Shown here: piece by piece, positions 57,202-64,000 of the stretch
Layout: each line of letters opens with the position of its first letter
How positions within the stretch are numbered: the first letter of the stretch is position 1
Source: Microgenomates bacterium OLB23
GTDB lineage: Bacteria > Patescibacteriota > Microgenomatia > UBA1406 > HO2-37-13b
Assembly (NCBI GenBank): GCA_001567245.1
Contig: LMZU01000001.1
Span: forward strand, 14,235 to 78,234
Direction: 5' to 3'
Length of the DNA stretch: 64,000 nucleotides
Notes under the pieces: model-generated
Told to the model about the DNA's origin: nothing
What the model saw: the letters and a program-made list of their open reading frames with translations, nothing else
Database searches by the model: none
Position numbers and translations under genes: made by a program

Positions 57202-58283
57202 TACATCTTTACTAAAAGGAGCAACAACAAGCGTTGGCTTGTTGGCAATCTTACCAATAATTCTCACAACAATCGGCCTTTTTTTTATATTTGATGCGTC
57301 ATCGGTATCTGCGTTTAGAAATTTTGGTGATAGCTTTTATTTTTTTTAAACAACAGCTTATGTGGTTTGTTTTAGGAGTTGTTGTTATGGGGGTATTTAG
57401 CTTTTTTGACTATCGAAAATTGTACTATCTTGCATTTCCGTTGCTGCTTGTTGCAATAATCTCACTTGTATTAGTGCTTATACCTGGTGTTGGCGTAACG
57501 GTAGGTGGTGCTCGCAGATGGATTAATTTAGGCCCAATCGGATTTCAACCTTCAGAGCTCGCAAAGTTTGCAATTATTTTGTATCTTTCTTCGTGGTTTT
57601 TGCATAAAGAGCGTCAAAGGTTTGTCCCGTTTTTATTGCTTTTGAGTTTTATTATTGGGCTCATCATGATTCAGCCAGACTTAGGTACATCTGTCATTAT
57701 TTTCTTACTGTTTGTATCGATATATTTTTTCTCTGGGGAGAATTTATTACATCTTATGTTGTTTTCTCCCTTTGCATTTGGTGCAGCACTTTTGCTTATT
57801 TTCACCTCTCCGTACAGACTTAAGCGTTTAACAGCATATCTAAATCCGGAGGTTGATCCGGGAGGCATTGGGTACCATATTCGTCAAATAACAATCTCAC
57901 TCGCGTCTGGAGGGTTATTGGGGAGAGGCTTATCAAGTTCTCGCCAAAAATATCAGTATCTGCCAGAGGCCCACACAGACTCAATTTTTGCAATTATTGG
58001 AGAAGAAATAGGATTCCTTGGATCGTTGCTTCTTATTTTCCTCTATGGTTTTTTGCTGTTTTTAATATTCAAAGTTATCATTAACGCCAAAGATCGTTTT
58101 GGAAAGTTGCTTGCTGGCTCTATTTGGTGCCTGCTTGCATGGCAGATGATAGTTAACCTTGCTGCGATGGTAAGTTTGGTTCCGCTTACAGGGGTACCCT
58201 TGCCATTTATTTCATACGGGGGATCTAGTCTCTTGATATTGTTTTCGCTAATGGGCATAGTTATAAGTATTGCACGAAGATGA
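57173..58283 (+). CDS. ftsW: SEDS family peptidoglycan glycosyltransferase FtsW; one frameshift
   Basis: MRKKIQHKHDTSLL...IFDASSVSAFRNFGDSFYFF|KQQLMWFVLG... joined if T8 57340-57347 is read as T7. It ends with PLPFISYGGSS. Confidence 0.85.
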
Positions 58284-59389
58284 AACATACAAAAAAAACT
58301 ATGCGCATTATGATAACGGGGGGTCACGTAACTCCTGCGTATGCCGTAATTCAAGAACTACAAAGAAGGGGTTACACAAAGTTATTCTTTCTTGGTAGAA
58401 AGTATACCGATCGAGCTAAAAAAGACGTATCTTTTGAGTATCAAGAGATAAACCGTATAGGCATTGCGTTTACTCATCTTACAACTGGCAGACTATCACG
58501 TACGGTGAGTATTTATTGGATATATGATTTTTTTTCTATTTTCTACGGTTTTTTTATGAGCCTAGTTTTGCTCAACAAAATAAGACCGCATGTTATATTA
58601 TCTTTTGGCGGTTATATAGCCCTTCCGGTGAGCATTGTTGCATGGTTTCTTGGTATTCGTGTTGTTACACATGAGCAAACTATAAAACCTGGACTTGCCA
58701 ATAAAGTAATCGCACTCATTGCAGATAAAGTATTGGTGTCTTTTCCGGCTACAGTTAAACAGTTTCCACGTCATAAAACAGTATTAACAGGAAATCCCGT
58801 ACGTGACGAACTCAACAATAAAGGTACTGCCGTTATTAAACATAAACTTGTCAAACCTCTTTTGTTTATTACAGGAGGCAGTTTTAGGATCTCATGCATT
58901 AAACGTGCATATAGAAAAGATTTTGCCAGATTTAACAAGAAAATTTACCATACTGCACCAAACTGGCAATGTTTCTCAGTTTGAAGATTTTAGTCGTTTA
59001 TCACGGTACGCATCAGATTTTTTACTACCCAGTTAAAAATATATCTGTTGACGAAATGGCCTGGGCTTATCGTTCGAGCGCAGTAGTTGTTGCTCGTTCT
59101 GGAGCAAACACATTGTGGGAGTTGATGGTTCTTGGCAAACCTGCTGTTCTTGTGCCATTGCCATGGTCTGGAGGCAACGAGCAGCAGCATCATGCTCGTT
59201 TTTTTATATCACATGGCTTAGGAAAGCTATTTGACCAGCACGATGCTAGTGCCACGCTCTTGGCAACAATTCATAAAGTATATACACATAGGCATGTGCA
59301 CGAAAAGAATTTTAAAAAAATTACCCAAAGATCTTATGCTCAATGCTGCGCATGCAATCGCTGATATAATTGAAACATGCGCAGAGTAG
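58280..59389 (+). CDS. murG: UDP-GlcNAc:lipid I GlcNAc transferase MurG; three frameshifts
   Basis: ITGGHVTPA...; ITGGS|LGSHALN...; ARSGANTLWEL. Joined at T4 58882-58885, T6 59018-59023 and A7 59314-59320. Confidence 0.85.
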
Positions 59390-60062
59390 GTGTCATAGCC
59401 ATGTTTGTTGTGGCTGCTTTATTACTTGTAGCCGCCCTTTTGTTGTTAAGAGTAAAAAACATAACTATAGAGGGTGCCGATAATATTAACGGTTTACATA
59501 CACTTAACAATAAATCACTTTTTTTACTAAACGAAGAGCAAGTTGCCAACGATATTCTTTCTCAAAACCCTACATTGCAAAAAGCAAGGGTTACTATTAA
59601 GTACCCACAGACTTTAGAGATTTATGTGAGCACAGCAGCTCCCCTAGCAGATATTACCCTTCAAGACGGTTACATGAGTCTTTCAAAAGAGGGAAGAATT
59701 TTATCAAAGCATAAAGAGCAATCTAAACCTAATGCTACCACAATAACCCACTATCAACCGTTATACGCCCGTAGTTTTAGTGTTGGCGACAACATTGAAA
59801 TGACAGATGTTATTGGGAGTCTTTTTTTTTTATCGAAGAGGCACAGAAGATTGCTCTACCAATTAGCAGTGTTGCTATACGGAATGAGAATATGATAGTA
59901 TTAAATTCGGAAGATCGTGAAATATTGGTATCGGCAACAAAAGACGTGCGCCTACAGGTGGCGCAGCTAAAGGTGGTACTGGAGCAGTTTAAAACAAAAG
60001 CGTTACAATTTAAGCGGCTCGATGTACGATTCGATAAGCCAATAGTAGTATACGTACAATAA
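59377..60062 (+). CDS. ftsQ: FtsQ/DivIB-like (TM plus POTRA) division protein; one frameshift
   Basis: TM VIAMFVVAALLLVAALLLL, then VKNITIEGADNI. The tail is restored across the T10 run 59822-59831 (...KVVLEQFKTKALQFKRLDVRFDKPIVVYVQ*). Confidence 0.6.
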
Positions 60063-60063
60063 T

Positions 60064-61332
60064 ATGGCAGACAAAACACTATGCGGAATAGACGTGGGCA
60101 GTTCGAAAGTTGCATGTATTGTGGCGAAGATTTCTGAGGATGAGCCAATGCCAAGAGTGCTCGGATTCTCGAGTGTACCTTCAAGAGGAGTAAAAAAAGG
60201 ACAAATAGTTGATATTCAACAGGTAACATCGGTTGTAGAGCAGGCTGTAGAACAATGCGAGCGCATGGCGGGTACCAAAATACAAAAAGCCTATGTTTCT
60301 GTAGGTGGGCCGCATATAGAATCATTAAATTCGCAGGGTGTAGTAGCGGTATCCCATCCCGAAGTTGAAATTTCAGATGGTGATCTTACCCGTGTTATAG
60401 AGGCAGCAAAAGCAATTTCTTTATCGTCGACCCGTGAAATAATAGAAGTAGCACCCAGAGAATACATAGTAGATGGCCAGTCGGGCATTAAAAATCCGCT
60501 TGGTATGAGTGGTGTGCGTCTTGAAGTTAACACCCATATTGTGACAGCAAGTGTTACCAATCTTCGCAACATGGAGCGGTGTTTGTCTGACCTAGGAATA
60601 GAAATACAAGGCTATGTGTTTTCTGGCCTAGCATCGTCATTATCATCGTTATCAGAAACAGAGAAAGAGTTGGGCGTTGCTTTGGTAGATATTGGTGGAG
60701 GCAAAATTGATATTGCTGTATACATAGAAGGCGCGCTATCGCACTCTACTTCGCTATCGTTTGGCGCGCGTCATATAACAAACGACATTGCTGTAGGTCT
60801 GCGCATTTCGCTTGACTCTGCCGAAAAAATTAAACTTCACTTGAGCAACCTCAAACATACGCCAGATAAAGATAAAAAAAGCGATGATATAGACCTAACT
60901 CGCTTACAGCTTGCAGATGACATTAAGTCAGTTTCTTATAAAACTGTTGTAGATGGAATTATTCAACCACGTCTAGAAGAAATATATGAAAGTGTATTTA
61001 AAGAGCTTGACAGCAACGATCTTATACCGCGTATTCCATCGGGCATTGTGCTTGCCGGGGGCGGCGCGCTTACTGTGAGTGCACTAGAAGGAGCAAAAAG
61101 GGTGGTTGGGCTACCGGCTCGTATCGCTCACCCCAAGCACATAACCGGGCTTATAGATGAGGTAACATATCCACAATTTTCTAGTGTTGTTGGCCTACTA
61201 CTTTATGGCAAAGATATGGATTTTGAAGAACAGCAGCTTAATTTGAAAGATTTTGATAAAATATTCAGGAATTTATCCGTACAAGGATCAGTTAAAAAGG
61301 TTCGAAGCCTTTTTAAATCTTTTATTCCTTAA
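60064..61332 (+). CDS. ftsA: cell division protein FtsA
   Basis: 422 aa intact actin-like ATPase (GIDVGSSKV, VDIGGGKIDI, GGGA). Confidence 0.95.
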   Translation: MADKTLCGIDVGSSKVACIVAKISEDEPMPRVLGFSSVPSRGVKKGQIVDIQQVTSVVEQAVEQCERMAGTKIQKAYVSVGGPHIESLNSQGVVAVSHPEVEISDGDLTRVIEAAKAISLSSTREIIEVAPREYIVDGQSGIKNPLGMSGVRLEVNTHIVTASVTNLRNMERCLSDLGIEIQGYVFSGLASSLSSLSETEKELGVALVDIGGGKIDIAVYIEGALSHSTSLSFGARHITNDIAVGLRISLDSAEKIKLHLSNLKHTPDKDKKSDDIDLTRLQLADDIKSVSYKTVVDGIIQPRLEEIYESVFKELDSNDLIPRIPSGIVLAGGGALTVSALEGAKRVVGLPARIAHPKHITGLIDEVTYPQFSSVVGLLLYGKDMDFEEQQLNLKDFDKIFRNLSVQGSVKKVRSLFKSFIP

Positions 61333-61347
61333 TGGATAAGCTGAACT

Positions 61348-62484
61348 ATGTTGGTTAAACCTCGAGCTGGGCAACCGGCCAAAATTAAAGTCCTCGGAGT
61401 TGGCGGCGGCGGTGGTAATGCGCTTTCAACAATGATTGCAGAAGACGATATTGTGGGTGTTGAGTTTATTGCTCTTAATACAGATGCGCAGGCACTTCTT
61501 AGTCATAATGCAGATATTAAAATCCAAATTGGAGAAAACCTTACCAAAGGACTGGGTTCAGGTGGCGATCCAGATGTAGGCCGACAGGCCGCAGAAGAGT
61601 CTCGTGAAAAAATTAAGGAGCAACTTGAAGGTGCAGATATGGTATTTATTGCAGCGGGAGAGGGAGGCGGCACCGGTACAGGAGCAGCGCCCGTTATTGC
61701 AGAAATTAGCAAAGAAGTAGGGGCACTCACGGTTGCGGTTGTAACACGACCATTTTCGTTTGAGGGTGCGCGTCGCAAGGTGTCGGCAAACCAAGGTATT
61801 GACAACTTAAAAGACAAAGTAGACACCTTAATTGTTATTCCAAATCAAAAAGTACTAGAGATTATCGATTCAAAAGTGAGTGTTCTTGAGGCATTTAAAA
61901 AAGTAAATTCAATATTGCACCAGGGAGTTAAAGGCATAGCAGAACTCATTACAACTCCAGGACTTATAAATGTTGATTTTGCTGACGTAAGATCCATTAT
62001 GCAAGATGCAGGTACTGCTCTTATGGGTATTGGCACAGCTGGCGGTGAGAATCGCACCATTAACGCAGTAAAACAGGCAATTGCTTCACCGCTACTTGAG
62101 TCTTCTATTCAAGGTGCAAAAGGGGTGCTGTTTAATATTGTCGGAGGCCCAGATTTGAGCATGTCAGAGGTTGATGAGGCTGCAAGTGTTATAGCCCAAA
62201 CTGTAGATCCAGATGCTGACATTATTTTTGGTGCAGTTATAAACGAACACATGCTCGATCAAGTACGTGTGACAGTTATAGCTACACGAATAGATGGTAA
62301 CGACATTCGCTTTCCGCACATGGCAAGAAGAATTACAGACAAAGAATCTGATGAGAGAGATATTAAGCCAGATGAACCCAAACCTCTACCTTCGTTATAC
62401 GACGATGAAGTCGACGAAGCACCCGCTGCAGAAGACGAGTCAGAGTTTGATGTTCCTGCATTTCTTCGTAGAAGATCGCGCTAA
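61348..62484 (+). CDS. ftsZ: cell division GTPase FtsZ
   Basis: 378 aa intact, with GVGGGGGNA and GGGTGTGAAPV tubulin signatures and a C-terminal DVPAFLRRR peptide. Confidence 0.95.
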   Translation: MLVKPRAGQPAKIKVLGVGGGGGNALSTMIAEDDIVGVEFIALNTDAQALLSHNADIKIQIGENLTKGLGSGGDPDVGRQAAEESREKIKEQLEGADMVFIAAGEGGGTGTGAAPVIAEISKEVGALTVAVVTRPFSFEGARRKVSANQGIDNLKDKVDTLIVIPNQKVLEIIDSKVSVLEAFKKVNSILHQGVKGIAELITTPGLINVDFADVRSIMQDAGTALMGIGTAGGENRTINAVKQAIASPLLESSIQGAKGVLFNIVGGPDLSMSEVDEAASVIAQTVDPDADIIFGAVINEHMLDQVRVTVIATRIDGNDIRFPHMARRITDKESDERDIKPDEPKPLPSLYDDEVDEAPAAEDESEFDVPAFLRRRSR

Positions 62485-62487
62485 ACT

Positions 62488-63264
62488 ATGTATAAGTATA
62501 TACAGTCGAATGTGTGGTTCGGTGGAAAGCTTCATGAAAAACTTATACCTTTTATTAAAAACGAGCAACCAGACTTTGTTGCACTACAAGAGGTAATTAT
62601 GCCTCGAGCAGTTAGTCCATATACTGCGCACCCTGCATTAGATTTTTTGCACAACCTAAAGCAGGCGACAGGTCTAATGCATTCAGTTTTTGTGCCAGAA
62701 ACAGGATTTAGTGATAAAACCCATTATGACAATGAGAATCTAGTAGATATGGGTGTTGCAATACTTTCAAAGTTCCCAATTAAAAGCTATTCTTACATTA
62801 ACTATATTCACGAATATCAAACATTTGTGTGGGAAACAATGGACAGGTGGGACATTATGCCCAAAGGACTGCTTACCGCTCATATAAACACACCCAACAA
62901 GCCTTTATACGTTGCCACCACGCATGGTGTGTGGGGAACAGATGACAAGGACAATGCAGATAGAGATATTATGATCGATTGTTTACTAAAAGAAACACGC
63001 GGCAAAACCCCTTTGCTGTTATCGGGAGATTTAAACATCGATCAGCAATCTCAAGGCATTGGCCGTCTTGAGGAACAGTTGGTTAATGTATTCAAAGGCA
63101 AATTGAAAACTTCATTTAATATGCGACACAAATCTGGGGGAACCTTTGACCAGTCAGTTGTAGATTTTATATTTGCTACTAAAGATATTAAGATTATCAA
63201 AGCATATTCAACTAATGAAGATGTATCAGATCATCTTCCGCTACTGCTAGAGTTTGAGTTATAA
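62488..63264 (+). CDS. endonuclease/exonuclease/phosphatase (EEP) family protein
   Basis: 258 aa intact, with FVALQEV, GDLN and a C-terminal SDHLP motif. Confidence 0.75.
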   Translation: MYKYIQSNVWFGGKLHEKLIPFIKNEQPDFVALQEVIMPRAVSPYTAHPALDFLHNLKQATGLMHSVFVPETGFSDKTHYDNENLVDMGVAILSKFPIKSYSYINYIHEYQTFVWETMDRWDIMPKGLLTAHINTPNKPLYVATTHGVWGTDDKDNADRDIMIDCLLKETRGKTPLLLSGDLNIDQQSQGIGRLEEQLVNVFKGKLKTSFNMRHKSGGTFDQSVVDFIFATKDIKIIKAYSTNEDVSDHLPLLLEFEL

Positions 63265-63272
63265 TACTCCAC

Positions 63273-64000
63273 ATGGCACAGCTTCCATCACAACCAGACT
63301 TTCCGCGGCTTGAAGAAGAAATTCTTGAATACTGGAAAAAAAATAAGGTGTTTGAAAAATCCATTAACAGCCGCCCAGAAGAAAAAAACCTGGACGTTTC
63401 TAGATGGTCCTCCCTTTATAACTGGCCTTCCTCATTATGGTAGTTTACTTTCAAGTATACCTAAAGATGTATTTCCACGTTTCTGGACAATGAAAGGGTA
63501 TAGAGTGCGCCGCGTGTGGGGTTGGGACTGTCACGGCTTACCAGCAGAGAATAAAGTAGAAAATAAACTGGGCATTACTCGTAAAAAAGATATTGAAGAA
63601 GCAATAGGGATAAAAAAGTTTATAGACGAATGTAAATTGTATGTAAAAGATGTGTCGGGTGAATGGGAGTGGTATGTAGATCATGTGGGTCGTTGGGTAG
63701 ATTTCCAACATGCGTACAAAACAATGGATAATGACTACATGGAAACAGTCATGTGGATTTTTAAGCAAATGTATGACAAAAAATATATATATAAGGGCAT
63801 GCGTGTTTCGCTGTATTGTCCGCACTGTTCCACACCAATATCTAATTTTGAGGTCGCAATGGATGCAGATAACTACAAAGATGTTAAAGATTTAGGAACC
63901 ACATATAAATATAAACTTGCGGGTCAAGATGACACCTATCTACTAGCTTGGTCTACTACTCCATGGAACAAGATAGCAACACCTGCTCTAGCTGTTAATC
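63273..64000 (+). CDS. ileS: isoleucyl-tRNA synthetase, type 2 (eukaryote-like), 5' part; one frameshift
   Basis: Not in the track. MAQLPSQPDFPRLEEEILEYWKKNKVFEKS...EEK|TWTFLDGPPFITGLPHYGSLL...GWDCHGLPAE...CPHCSTPISNFEV. The frames join if A7 63382-63388 is read as A6. TATAAT 63260-63265 lies 7 nt before the ATG, and the gene runs off the right edge. Confidence 0.85.

Noticed and set aside
1022-63388. Reading the split genes as true pseudogenes (genome decay) or programmed frameshifts
   Set aside because: Too many indispensable genes are hit, each located lesion is a 1-nt homopolymer change, and compensating pairs occur within single genes. Sequencing or assembly error is far more likely. 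Transcriptional slippage is kept as an unfavoured alternative in the findings.
1-64000. Alternative genetic code (UGA recoded, as in Gracilibacteria/Absconditabacteria)
   Set aside because: TGA terminates well-conserved proteins at their expected ends (tsaD, ftsW, rdgB after correction, and the PP-loop gene overlapping murD as ATGA). No conserved domain needs read-through of TGA.
1-64000. CRISPR arrays, rRNA genes, large direct repeats
   Set aside because: No regularly spaced repeats, no rRNA-like conserved blocks and no long duplicated segments were noticed on visual reading. A dot-plot would be needed to exclude short dispersed repeats.

Overview
AT-rich (about 40% GC by eye), very gene-dense bacterial chromosome segment that reads with the standard code: TGA is a stop and many genes overlap by ATGA or 4 nt. 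The gene content is short proteins, class II LysRS, type-2 IleRS, DUF4012, a wall of GT4/GT2/GT-C glycosyltransferases and a complete peptidoglycan/division cluster. This resembles a reduced-genome monoderm-type lineage such as Patescibacteria/CPR (Saccharimonadia-like); that placement is inference only. Layout: 0-20 kb is housekeeping (dsbA-like, radC, beta-CASP RNase, greA, lysS-HD fusion, rdgB, serS, secA, nrnA-like, eno, FEN, ftsH, tsaC-tsaE, tsaD). 21.7-38.3 kb is a ~16.6 kb glycan-assembly locus, followed by glyS. 41.0-62.5 kb is an expanded dcw cluster (mraZ to ftsZ) that also holds murA, murB, murC, a GlmU-like enzyme, pgeF, a yvcK-like gene, dgkA and a PP-loop protein I suspect is MurL-like. 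An EEP nuclease and the start of ileS close the window. There are three tRNAs (Glu-CUC, CAU-anticodon Met-type, Pro-UGG) and no rRNA, CRISPR, integrase or transposase. Two window-wide properties matter. (1) The ORF track is fragmented by dozens of single-base indels; about 35 are located to specific runs here and more are inferred. Every located one sits inside a homopolymer run, and they hit essential genes (ftsH, tsaD, glyS, ftsI, mraY, murD, murG and others). I reconstructed genes across them; assembly error is the most likely cause. (2) Three short, conspicuously GC-rich islands (4.9-5.6, 20.0-20.3 and 38.35-39.0 kb) carry five small (57-78 aa) paralogous genes. Each has a GC-rich stem-loop terminator; four also have a recognisable sigma70 promoter and a Shine-Dalgarno site. 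This is the most interesting undescribed element in the window. Many resident genes instead look leaderless, with TATAAT 5-9 nt before the ATG.
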